Source of the DNA: an uncultured Enterobacterales bacterium
GTDB taxonomy: Bacteria; Myxococcota_A; UBA796; JAFGLY01
Direction of reading: 5' to 3'
NCBI GenBank assembly: GCA_964481655.1
Contig: CAYZVO010000002.1
Coordinates: 21,746 to 85,745 of the forward strand
Length of the DNA stretch: 64,000 nucleotides
Of the stretch, positions 17,971 through 26,472 are shown piece after piece. The notes under the pieces are model-generated. The model did no database searches. It worked only from the letters and a program-made list of their open reading frames with translations, and was not told where the DNA came from. The translations under genes and the position numbers were made by a program. Position 1 is the stretch's first letter; each line of letters starts with the position of its first letter.

Positions 17971-18564
17971 ATGCTGTCCCTCCTGCTCGCGTTGACCTGC
18001 CTGGCCGAGGTGCCGCCCACCTTCGAGGCGCTGCACGAGGAGGGCGGGTGCGCCTACGCGCGCAGCGCGCCGCAGGCCGATGGGTTCCCGGTTCTTCGGG
18101 CGGAGTGCCGCTGGCCGGACGTCCCGGCCGTGGCGGTCCACGCGCTGCTGGGCGACTGGGGGCGCCACGAGGCCATCTGGTCCATGGTGGCCAGCTCCGT
18201 GGTCGTCGAGGACCGTGAGGCGGACGCCCTTGTGGTGCATGTGCACACCGCGCCCTTGATGACCGACCGTGAGATCCTGCTGCGCATGTGGGCCGAGGAC
18301 GTCGATGGTGGGCGGATCTACCGCTGGGCCCGGGCGTACCCCCAGCCAGCGCCGGCCGAAGGGCGCGTGGGGGTCGAGCGCGACGACGGCATGTACGCCA
18401 TCACCGCCGACGGCCAGGGGGTCCACTTGATCTCCACCCTGCACTACGACCCGGGGGGCGTCATCCCCACGTCCCTGGTGGCTTGGTTCCAGGTGCTCGG
18501 AATGCCGCGCTTCCTGGACGAGTTGAAGCTCGCGGCGCTGTCGGTGGATGACCCCGCCGATTGA
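17971..18564 (+). CDS. Secreted START/SRPBCC (helix-grip) lipid-binding-like protein
   Basis: Signal peptide. PLMTDREILLRMW, HLISTLHYDPGGVIPTSLVAW and a terminal helix are typical of START folds. Confidence 0.7.
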   Translation: MLSLLLALTCLAEVPPTFEALHEEGGCAYARSAPQADGFPVLRAECRWPDVPAVAVHALLGDWGRHEAIWSMVASSVVVEDREADALVVHVHTAPLMTDREILLRMWAEDVDGGRIYRWARAYPQPAPAEGRVGVERDDGMYAITADGQGVHLISTLHYDPGGVIPTSLVAWFQVLGMPRFLDELKLAALSVDDPAD

Positions 18565-18595
18565 CCAACGCCCTGGAAACATGGAAGATCCCGCC

Positions 18596-19324
18596 ATGCT
18601 CACGCTCTCGACCTCCGCCCTCCTCCTGTTCGCCTCCACCTCGTTCGCCGCCACCGGCGCCGAGTGGCTCGCCCAGGTCGACGCCGCGGCGTCCCCGGCC
18701 GACGACACCCACGTGGTGATGCAGGTGGCCATGAAGGACGCCAAGGGCCGCGAGGTGAGCCGGACCCTCGAGATCTGGCAGAAGGGTGGCGACCGGCGCA
18801 TGGTGCGCCTCACCGACCCGCCCCGCCTGGCCGGAGTCGGGATGCTCGTGGGCGCGGACGACGTGGTCCACCTGTACCTGCCCTCCTACGACCGCACCCG
18901 TCGCATCATCGGCGATCAGCGCGGCGACGCCTTCATGGGCACCGACATCGCCATGGAGGACCTGGCGCGCACCAGCTTCGCCGACGAGTACACCGCCGAG
19001 GTGGTGAGCGAGGGCGAGGTGCTGGTGGAGCTGATGCTCACGCCCAAGGACCCCAAGGCCCACAGCCACGCGCGCTCGCGCCTGAAGCTGCGCAGCGCGG
19101 ATCAGCTCTGGACCTCCCTCGAGCACCTCGACGCCGAGGGCGCGGTCATTCGCCGCGTCGTCCTGTCCGACTTCCGAGAGGTGGACGGCTACCAGTTCGC
19201 CCACACCATGGCTGTCGAAGACATGGAGCGGGAGCGCACCACCACCGCCACCGCCTCCGAGGTGGCGTTCGACCGCGGTTTGGACGACGAGCTGTTCACG
19301 GTTACCAGCCTTTCACGACCCTGA
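18596..19324 (+). CDS. Outer membrane lipoprotein-sorting protein (LolA-like)
   Basis: Signal peptide, VRLTDPPRLAGVGML, GDAFMGTDIAMEDL and GLDDELFT are characteristic of the LolA-like family found with MMPL transporters. Confidence 0.85.
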   Translation: MLTLSTSALLLFASTSFAATGAEWLAQVDAAASPADDTHVVMQVAMKDAKGREVSRTLEIWQKGGDRRMVRLTDPPRLAGVGMLVGADDVVHLYLPSYDRTRRIIGDQRGDAFMGTDIAMEDLARTSFADEYTAEVVSEGEVLVELMLTPKDPKAHSHARSRLKLRSADQLWTSLEHLDAEGAVIRRVVLSDFREVDGYQFAHTMAVEDMERERTTTATASEVAFDRGLDDELFTVTSLSRP

Positions 19325-19683
19325 CCCCCAACGACTGGGCCACCACCACCGAGCTGCCCTCCTGGGCCGACCTGCCGGCCTCCTACGAGCTGGCCCTGCC
19401 CGCGCCCTTCCTGGCCATGGACGTCACCGTCGAGGACGGCGGCGAGGCCCTGATGGTCCTCTCCCCCACCGCCCAGCCCGACAACGTGGCCCTGGACGAG
19501 GACAACTTCCCCAACTGCATGGTGTCGATCACCATCTCGGCGGACCTCTCCATCACCGGCGCGGACACCATCACCGGCTCCGCCACGCTCGAGACGGAAG
19601 GCTTCGAGGCCGACCCGGACAACTGCCCGGTGGTCACCTCCGATCCCTGCGAGATCACCCTGGACATCACCGCGGCCCGCTAG
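19321..19683 (+). CDS. Acidic ~120-aa ORF lacking a canonical start (CTG-initiated or 5'-truncated remnant)
   Basis: Strong GC3 coding pattern from ~19318 to TAG 19683. The only start at the boundary is a CTG overlapping the upstream TGA (CTGA). Confidence 0.5.
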   Translation: MTPNDWATTTELPSWADLPASYELALPAPFLAMDVTVEDGGEALMVLSPTAQPDNVALDEDNFPNCMVSITISADLSITGADTITGSATLETEGFEADPDNCPVVTSDPCEITLDITAAR

Positions 19684-19696
19684 GGCGCCGCACATC

Positions 19697-21091
19697 TTGA
19701 TCGCCTCCACGATCCTCGCCGCCCTGATCGCGCCCGCGGTCGGGGCGGCCGACGTCGACGTGGGCGGTCACGTGGGCAGCCACCTGCGGCTGGGGCTGCA
19801 GGACTGCGGTGATGGGCCCTGGGACTGCCCGCTGCTCGACTACGGCGACACGGCGGTGGTGGGTGGTTGGGCCCGGGCGAAGCTGAACCCGCGGGCCCAC
19901 GCGGCCCTGGCGGTGGACCTGCGCCTGCACCACGCGGTGCAGGCCGAGATCATGGACGAGACCACCGATCCCATGGCCGTGCTGGGGGCCTCCTGGCGGG
20001 TGCAGCGGGCGGTGGTGGACCTGCGCGAGGTGGGCCTGAAGGCCCTGGACCTCGAGCTCGGCGTCCAGAAGGTGCCCTGGGGCACCGCCGATGGGCTCCA
20101 CGTCGTGGACCGCGTCAACCCCTGGGATCTCGAGAACCCCCTGGCGCTGGACGCCCGCCTGCCCGTACCGGTCGCTCGCGCGCTGTTGCACCGTGGGCCG
20201 GTGCAGCTCGAGGGAGTCTGGGTGCCCATCGCCTGGCCCGCGGTGCTGCCGCGACAAGGCGTGGAGCTGCTTCCCGGCGCCGAGGACATGGTGGGCGAAG
20301 GCTCCGACTTCGGCGACACCTTCGATGGGGTCTCGGTCAACGAGATCGAGGCCCGCGTGGAGCCCCCGGATCGGACCCTCGACAACATGGGCGGGGGTGC
20401 CCGCCTCAGCTGGGCCGCGGCCCGGGGCGACCTCGCCGCCAGCTACTGGCACGGCCGCGACAGCCTGCCCCAGGCCGACGGGGAGATGATCCTCACCGGC
20501 TTCCAGACCTCCGACTCCCGGGTCGATGTGGCCGTGCCCCTGCGCTACCCCGTGGTGGACGTGGTGGGCCTCGAGGCCCGCGGCGAGCTGTTCGCGGACA
20601 TCGGCGGCTGGGTCGAGGCGGCGGTGGTCTTCCCGGAGCGGACCGTGGCCAAGGCCAGCCAGACCCAGCTCGAGGCCCTCGAGCGCCTGGGCACCATCGA
20701 CGAGGTGCCCGACCCCGTCCCGAACGTCGTCACCCAGGATGGCGAGCCCTACCCCACCTGGGTGCTGGGCATCGACCGCGGCTTCGGCCGGGTCTACCTC
20801 AACCTGCAGTGGCTGCACGGCTTCCCCACCGAGCGGCAGCGTGAGGATCTGCAGGACTACGCCAGCGTCGCGGCGCGCGTCACCCTCGCCGACACCGTGA
20901 TCCTGTCCCTGCGGGCCCTGGGCGATGTCCGCGGGGCCGGCGTGCTGGGCGTGGCGGATCTCGAGCTTCTGCACGCGGACGCCGCCAGCATCGTCATCGG
21001 GGGCGCCTGGGTCCAGGCGGTGGAGGGCAGCTCCCTGTACAGCTTCCGGGGGGCGAGCCAGGCCCACGGCGGGGTGACGCTGGAGTTCTGA
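19697..21091 (+). CDS. DUF1302-like outer membrane beta-barrel protein
   Basis: TTG start, signal peptide, LGVQKVPWGTADGLHVVDRVNP motif, terminal aromatic residue (LEF). Typical partner of MMPL and LolA-like genes. Confidence 0.75.
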   Translation: MIASTILAALIAPAVGAADVDVGGHVGSHLRLGLQDCGDGPWDCPLLDYGDTAVVGGWARAKLNPRAHAALAVDLRLHHAVQAEIMDETTDPMAVLGASWRVQRAVVDLREVGLKALDLELGVQKVPWGTADGLHVVDRVNPWDLENPLALDARLPVPVARALLHRGPVQLEGVWVPIAWPAVLPRQGVELLPGAEDMVGEGSDFGDTFDGVSVNEIEARVEPPDRTLDNMGGGARLSWAAARGDLAASYWHGRDSLPQADGEMILTGFQTSDSRVDVAVPLRYPVVDVVGLEARGELFADIGGWVEAAVVFPERTVAKASQTQLEALERLGTIDEVPDPVPNVVTQDGEPYPTWVLGIDRGFGRVYLNLQWLHGFPTERQREDLQDYASVAARVTLADTVILSLRALGDVRGAGVLGVADLELLHADAASIVIGGAWVQAVEGSSLYSFRGASQAHGGVTLEF

Positions 21092-21150
21092 GTATCGGGG
21101 GCCACGAGGCGGCGTTGGCGATCGCGGGTTCGAGGCCGATAGAAGCCCGT

Positions 21151-22320
21151 GTGAGCCACGACCGCTTCTACGACGACCTGCCTCCCCGACGCTCCTTCCT
21201 GGAGGCGCTCGAGGACCGTGGGTTCCGGGCGGTGCCCGATAACTGGACGGTGTTCGTCGCCGACATCCGCGGCTCCCGTGAGGCCATGGCCGCGGGGCGC
21301 TACAAGGACGTCAACACCGTCGGTGTGGCGGTGATCGCGGCCGCGCGCAACGCGGTGCCCGGGCAGGAGCTGCCCTTCGTCTTCGGTGGTGATGGCGCCA
21401 CGCTGCTGGCGCCGCCGTCGGCCTGCGAAGCGGTGGAACTCGCCCTGGACGCCGTGCGCACCCTCGCGCGGGAGCGCTTCGGGCTCGAGCTGCGGGTCGG
21501 CGCGGTGCTGGTCGCCGAGCTGTACGCCGACGGCCTGGCGGTCGAGGTGGCCAAGCACGAGCTGGCGGCCGGTCGCTGCGTCGCGGTGTTCCGCGGCGGC
21601 GGGGTGAGCGCCGCGGACGCCCGCGTGAAGCGGCACTACGACCGCTACGAGCTCCCCCGGGAAGAACGCGCGGAGCCCGACCTGTCAGGCCTGTCCTGCC
21701 GCTGGCAGCCGGTCCCGTCCGCGCAGGGTTGCATCCTGACGCTGCTGGTCCACGCGCGGGTGGATGACGCCACCGCCGTGTACCGCGGGTTCCTCGGCTG
21801 GCTGGATGACAGCCTGCCCGGCGGGCTCGCTGCCGCCAACCCCGTGGGGATCGATGGCCTGGCCTACCGCGACCTCCGCACCAACCTGGCGGATGAGCGT
21901 CGCTACCACCTGCGCGGGTGGAGCGTGTCGTTTCTGTGGAGGGCGCTCGAGATGTTCATCGCGGGCCTGATCTTCCGTTGGCGGATCCCGACCCCCTTCG
22001 TCGCGACCGCCCGCTACGAGGCCGCCATCGCCGGCCACTCCGACTATCGCAAGCTCGACGACATCCTGCGCATGGTGATCGACTGCAGCCCCGATCAGGC
22101 CGAGGCCATCCAGAGCTGGCTCGATCGCGGGGTGGAGGCCGGGGCGTTGCACTACGGGCTCCACCGGTCGGACGCGGCGTTGATGACCTGCCTGGTCGGC
22201 TCGACCCGGGACGGGGGCCACATCCACTTCATCGATGGCGGGGACGGTGGTTACGCGGTGGCCGCGACGGCCCTGGGGCAGCAGCGCGACGCGGCGCGGA
22301 CGCCCACCCCGGGGGGCTGA
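21151..22320 (+). CDS. DUF3095 family protein
   Basis: FYDDLP, VPDNWTVFVADIRGS...GRYKDVN, FVFGGDGAT, DLSGLSCRW, DYRKLDDILRMVID and HIHFIDGGDGGYA. Confidence 0.85.
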   Translation: MSHDRFYDDLPPRRSFLEALEDRGFRAVPDNWTVFVADIRGSREAMAAGRYKDVNTVGVAVIAAARNAVPGQELPFVFGGDGATLLAPPSACEAVELALDAVRTLARERFGLELRVGAVLVAELYADGLAVEVAKHELAAGRCVAVFRGGGVSAADARVKRHYDRYELPREERAEPDLSGLSCRWQPVPSAQGCILTLLVHARVDDATAVYRGFLGWLDDSLPGGLAAANPVGIDGLAYRDLRTNLADERRYHLRGWSVSFLWRALEMFIAGLIFRWRIPTPFVATARYEAAIAGHSDYRKLDDILRMVIDCSPDQAEAIQSWLDRGVEAGALHYGLHRSDAALMTCLVGSTRDGGHIHFIDGGDGGYAVAATALGQQRDAARTPTPGG

Positions 22321-22361
22321 ACCGGCGCCCTGGGGCGACGCGATGTCAGCCCTTGGACAAG

Positions 22362-22389
22362 CCCTGATCCGCCTCAGGGGTTTTCCTTT
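22362..22389 (+). terminator. Possible intrinsic terminator after DUF3095
   Basis: CCCTGA-TCCGCC-TCAGGG hairpin followed by GTTTTCCTTT. Confidence 0.45.
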
Positions 22390-22433
22390 GACGTTCGGGG
22401 CATTGACCGGGTACAAGCGGCGCGCAAGGAGGT
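22388..22433 (+). promoter_or_regulatory. Candidate sigma70-type promoter and strong Shine-Dalgarno for 22437
   Basis: TTGACG-N18-TACAAG, then AAGGAGGT 3 nt before ATG 22437. Confidence 0.35.
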
Positions 22434-22436
22434 CCG

Positions 22437-23138
22437 ATGCTCGCTCTCCCGATGGTGTTGCTGGTTGGCTGCGGAACGATGGGCCTCTCTTTCCTCACAG
22501 GGGGCAAGGACAAGGAGGTCGAGGACAGCTCGGTCTTCGACACCGGCCCCGAGCAGCTCCCGCCCGTGGACGCCAACGTGGAGGGTCGCACCTGGAAGGC
22601 CGATCTGATGGAGGCCACCATCACCGAGCCCGAGGCCCTGGGTGGCTTCCTGGCCTTGATGGACTCCACCGAGGTGCTCTTCCACGTCGAGGCCGAGTAC
22701 GACGACAAGCTCGACCTGGTCTTCGCCTTGACCGACGCCGACGGCAAGCAGGACGTCTGCCAGCCGATCTTCGACTTCTCCGGCGCCGACTTCTCGGGCA
22801 ACCCCTGGGTCTTCGTGGACAAGACCGACCTCGACCTGCGCATCAACGGTGTCGATGTCGAGCTGATGGACGCCCAGCTGGAGCTGCGCATCCAGACCTA
22901 CGGCCAGGGCTTCCAGGAGGGCTGGTTGGTCACCGAGATCGACGGCCGGGAGCTGGACGAGGCCCTGGGCGATCGCATCGACTCCACCGTCTGCGATCTG
23001 CTCGACGCCATGGGCACCGAGTGCCACGCCTGCGGTGACGGCGACGAGAGCTGCTTCTACGTGCGCATCGAGGACCTCGAGGGCTCCGACTACGGCGGCG
23101 CCTTCGACGCCGAGGTGGACCCCACCGACTGCGGCTGA
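22437..23138 (+). CDS. Hypothetical acidic lipoprotein
   Basis: Lipobox LVGC, strong RBS, Cys-rich C-terminus. Confidence 0.75.
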   Translation: MLALPMVLLVGCGTMGLSFLTGGKDKEVEDSSVFDTGPEQLPPVDANVEGRTWKADLMEATITEPEALGGFLALMDSTEVLFHVEAEYDDKLDLVFALTDADGKQDVCQPIFDFSGADFSGNPWVFVDKTDLDLRINGVDVELMDAQLELRIQTYGQGFQEGWLVTEIDGRELDEALGDRIDSTVCDLLDAMGTECHACGDGDESCFYVRIEDLEGSDYGGAFDAEVDPTDCG

Positions 23139-23144
23139 TCCCCG

Positions 23145-24104
23145 CTAGGGCGCGGTTTCGCCGTCGGCCTCGCTGTCGAGCTCCGGATCGAGGCTGGTCC
23201 CGTCATCGGGATCGGCCGTGTTCGCGTCGTCCGCCGTGATCTCTTCGCTGGCTTCGGCCTCCTGGGCCGCGGCGAGCTCATCGGCGCTGGGCCAGGTGCC
23301 GGACGGGTAGACGATCGCGCCGCTCAGCCAGTCGAACTCGGACAGCGGAGTGCTGGTGATGACGTCGCGGCTCGACGCGCTGGCCAGCCAATGGACCTCG
23401 TAGACCTGTCCGTTGACCAACACCGCCATGTGCTTGCCACCGCGGGCGGCGAGGATGGCGAAGGGGAGCTGCTCCAGGGCCTCGATGCCGGTGGTGTCCT
23501 GCTCGGTGTCGCTGTTCCACGACGGGCGGTAGTTGAGCACCGCGTGCTCGGGGTCGACGTCGATCCCGTAGTAGCTGCCCTTGGACGCGAGGTATGCGGA
23601 GTAGGGGTGCTCGTCGTCGGCGTCGGACGGGTGGGCCACGTCCGGGTTCCAGTAGGCACCATCCCAGGCGAAGCGCTCCTGCATCAGCTGCATCAGGTCG
23701 ATGCCCTTGAGGGCACCGCCGCCGTTCGCGGCCGCGTCGCTGATGAGGTCCCGGATCTCGTCTCCCAGGTCCGCGGCGTCGAACGCCGCCTTCAGCACCG
23801 TCACCAGATAGGTCGTGCAGTCGTGGGCCTCGATCTCGGACCAGGAATCCAGGGGAGAGCGGTAGGCGCCGTAGTACAGGCCCAGCCCGGTGGCGTCGAT
23901 GGCCGCATCGTGCGCTTCGTCCATGCGCTTGGCGGCCTCGGCCGCGGCGTGGCCGATGAAGGCCTGCAGGCCGTCGCTGAACGAGTCGATGGCCTCACGC
24001 AGGTCCATCACGCACTCGGGCACGCCGGTGCACAGGTCCTGGGCCTGGGCACTGAGCACGCCGAAGCTGGAGACGAGCGCGAGAATCAAAGTGCGCTTCT
24101 TCAT
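23145..24104 (-). CDS. Secreted protein with putative NlpC/P60 (papain-like) Cys-His catalytic motifs
   Basis: Signal peptide MKKRTLILALV, GGAG RBS, HDCTTYLVTVL, GGKHMAVLV and YEVHW. Confidence 0.6.
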   Translation of the reverse strand: MKKRTLILALVSSFGVLSAQAQDLCTGVPECVMDLREAIDSFSDGLQAFIGHAAAEAAKRMDEAHDAAIDATGLGLYYGAYRSPLDSWSEIEAHDCTTYLVTVLKAAFDAADLGDEIRDLISDAAANGGGALKGIDLMQLMQERFAWDGAYWNPDVAHPSDADDEHPYSAYLASKGSYYGIDVDPEHAVLNYRPSWNSDTEQDTTGIEALEQLPFAILAARGGKHMAVLVNGQVYEVHWLASASSRDVITSTPLSEFDWLSGAIVYPSGTWPSADELAAAQEAEASEEITADDANTADPDDGTSLDPELDSEADGETAP

Positions 24105-24173
24105 AATTCTCCTAATACCCTAGGAGTCGAGCCCGTGATAGCACGCAGGAAGTCGATTGTCCTGGAAGATCGT

Positions 24174-24692
24174 ATGAACATGCTGCTGATCGCTCTCGCG
24201 CTGCCCGTCGTCGCCCAGACCGCGGAGCAGGCTCCCCTCCAGCGGGTCCTCGAGGTCGAGGCCGGTGGCGTCACCGCGGTGTTCCAGGGTGAACCCGTCC
24301 CCCCGGGGATCGAACCCACTTTGGGAATCCGACGCCTGGTGTTCCGCTTCGCCGACGGCAGCGAGTTCCCCTTCGCTCCCCGCGGCACCCTGTACTTCAG
24401 CGACTGGTTCACCGACATCTTCAGCCCGGACGGCCGCTTCGTGCTGCTGCCCCAGGACCACTACGGCCCCTTCCACGTCGTCGAGGTCACGGCCCTGGAC
24501 GCCTACCTGGGCGGCGGCCCCCCCTTCGCGGTGGTCGGCCAGAATCCCGGTGTGGATGCGGGCGCCTGGGTCCACGCCGATGCCCGCTGGGTGGGCGACA
24601 CCACCGTGGTCTACGAGGCCGGCCTCGAGGACCTGCGCTCCTTCACCTTCGAGCTGCCGGTGGAGCAGAGCGCGGAGGGCGCTGGCGGTTAG
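24174..24692 (+). CDS. Hypothetical secreted protein
   Basis: Signal peptide and one propeller-blade-like segment (DIFSPDGRFVLL). It is the C-terminal part of track ORF 23391-24692. Confidence 0.6.
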   Translation: MNMLLIALALPVVAQTAEQAPLQRVLEVEAGGVTAVFQGEPVPPGIEPTLGIRRLVFRFADGSEFPFAPRGTLYFSDWFTDIFSPDGRFVLLPQDHYGPFHVVEVTALDAYLGGGPPFAVVGQNPGVDAGAWVHADARWVGDTTVVYEAGLEDLRSFTFELPVEQSAEGAGG

Positions 24693-25597
24693 CCCCCGAA
24701 GCGGTCCAGCAGCAGCCCGTGGCGCAGGCCGCGATCGCAGACCGTGAGGCTGGAGGCGTCCAGGGTGTGGAGGACCGCCCGGGCGATGGCGATCCCGGCC
24801 AGGATGGTGTCGGCGCGCTTGGCTGGGATGCCGGGCAGGCCGCGCCGCGTCGCCATGGGGACCGCCGCAAGGGAGGCGAGCAGCGCGGCGAGGGTCGGGC
24901 GGTCCAGCACGGTGCCGTGCACCAGGTCGGGGTCGTAGCGCTCCAGCCCGTGGTGGTGGGCGGCGAGGCTGCAGAGGGTGCCGCCGAGGGCGATCACGCC
25001 GCCCGATGCGTCCAGGCCGGGGGTGCGCAGGGCCCCCTGGAGGTGGTCCTCGAGGCGGCTCAGCTCGGCGGGGAGTGGAGGGTCGCTCGCCAGGAAGCCA
25101 GCCGTGGGCCCGATGGTCCCCACGGGCAGGCTGGTGCGGCTCGCGATGGCGTCGCCCCGGCCCTGGATGAGCTCGGTGGAGCCGCCGCCCACGTCGAAGA
25201 CCACGAACGGCGCGTCGCTCCGCGGCAGCGCGGCGCGGGCCGCGAGGAAGGAGAGTCGGGCCTCCTCGTCGCCGGGGATGACCTCGATCTGGAGGCCCAG
25301 CTCGGCGCGCGCCCGGTCCAGGATGGTCTGGGCGTTGCGGGCCTGGCGCAGGGCCATGGTGCCCACGGCGGCGATGGCCTCGGCCCGATGCGCCCGCGCC
25401 ACGGCCAGCAGCTCACCGAGGGCCTCGAGGGTCCGGTCCATGGCGGCGGGGGCGAGGACACCGCGGTCTGTCAGGCCGTCGCCCAGGCGGGTGATGATGG
25501 CGCGGTCCGCCAGCGCTGTGAAGCCGCCGTCGGGGGCCCGCTCTGCCACGTGCACCAGCACCGAGCCCGAGCCCACGTCGATGGTGGCGACGCGCAT
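24689..25597 (-). CDS. ppx: Ppx/GppA family exopolyphosphatase (short form, no HD domain)
   Basis: ATIDVGSGSV, AVGTMALRQA, GDEEARLS, FDVGGGSTE, RADTILAG and GLRHGLL. TGATG coupling with the upstream gene. Confidence 0.9.
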   Translation of the reverse strand: MRVATIDVGSGSVLVHVAERAPDGGFTALADRAIITRLGDGLTDRGVLAPAAMDRTLEALGELLAVARAHRAEAIAAVGTMALRQARNAQTILDRARAELGLQIEVIPGDEEARLSFLAARAALPRSDAPFVVFDVGGGSTELIQGRGDAIASRTSLPVGTIGPTAGFLASDPPLPAELSRLEDHLQGALRTPGLDASGGVIALGGTLCSLAAHHHGLERYDPDLVHGTVLDRPTLAALLASLAAVPMATRRGLPGIPAKRADTILAGIAIARAVLHTLDASSLTVCDRGLRHGLLLDRFGG

Positions 25598-26412
25598 CAG
25601 TCCAGATCCGCGCAGCAGCGGAAGCCGGTGCTGTAGTCGTGGTAGCTGCGGGCGTGGGCGGTGGTCACGTACAGGCAGCCCGATCCATTGATGGCGGCGT
25701 CGGCGTAGAAGCCGCCGCGGAAGGTGCCGTCGGCGTCGTTCACCCACTCGTGCAGGTTGCCGTGCAGGTCGAAGACCCCCCAGGCGCTCTCGCAGGCCTC
25801 GAAGAAGCCCCCGGTGCTGACGGTGCCGGCCTGCTGGTTGATGCCCGGGTCGTTCATGTGCTCGCTGTCCCAGATGCCGTGGGAGGTGCCGAAGTAGTCC
25901 ACCAGGGGGTGGGAGCCGGCGTAGTCGTCGTTGCAGGCGCCGTCGATGTGGCTGTCGCCGTAGGGGTAGCTGTGGCCCTGGGGCCCCTGGCATGCGGCCA
26001 GCCACTCGTCGCTGGTGCACAGGCGCTTGCCGGCGCGGTGGCAGGCGGTGTCGGCCTGATCGCCGCTGATGTAGCCCTGGGGTACGGCGCCGGAGCGCAC
26101 CGCGGCGCGGACGTCCTCGTCGCTGTCCAGCTGCTCATAGGGCGAACGGGCGACCCAGGAGCCCGCGCTGTGCTCCTCGAGGAACGCCTCGTAGCGGTCG
26201 ATGCAGAACCTGCTCTGCACGGGAGCCATCCCGGTCGGGCAGGGCCCGGGGTCGGTGTCGGCGTCGCTGTCGGCGTCGGCGTCCGTGTCGGCGTCGGCGT
26301 CGGTGTCCGCGTCCGAGTCGCCCGGCCTGCCGCTGTCGTCCCGGCCCGGCCAGTCCGGATCGTGGCGCTCGGGGGCCTGGGTGCAGGCGATGAGCAGGAG
26401 CAAGGTGAGCAA
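25597..26412 (-). CDS. SUMF1/EgtB/PvdO (formylglycine-generating enzyme-like) lipoprotein
   Basis: Lipobox LIAC, DADT linker, FCIDRYE, GKRLCTSDEWLAACQG, YPYG, GVFDLHGNLHEW and STGFRCC. Confidence 0.85.
   Translation of the reverse strand: MLTLLLLIACTQAPERHDPDWPGRDDSGRPGDSDADTDADADTDADADSDADTDPGPCPTGMAPVQSRFCIDRYEAFLEEHSAGSWVARSPYEQLDSDEDVRAAVRSGAVPQGYISGDQADTACHRAGKRLCTSDEWLAACQGPQGHSYPYGDSHIDGACNDDYAGSHPLVDYFGTSHGIWDSEHMNDPGINQQAGTVSTGGFFEACESAWGVFDLHGNLHEWVNDADGTFRGGFYADAAINGSGCLYVTTAHARSYHDYSTGFRCCADLD
26251..26319. repeat. 6-bp-period tandem repeat encoding an acidic D-[ATS] linker
   Basis: (GTC-NNN)n encoding DSDADTDADADTDADADSDADTD. Confidence 0.85.
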
Positions 26413-26472
26413 CGGCGCCTCCTGTGAACAGTCCCCTATTCCACCGGTGCTCGCTGCGATAGAGGCGGCCCC

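Noticed and set aside
19300-19330. Programmed frameshift fusing the LolA-like gene to the downstream ORF
   Set aside because: There is no X-XXY-YYZ slippery heptamer, and the LolA-like protein already ends at its typical C-terminus.
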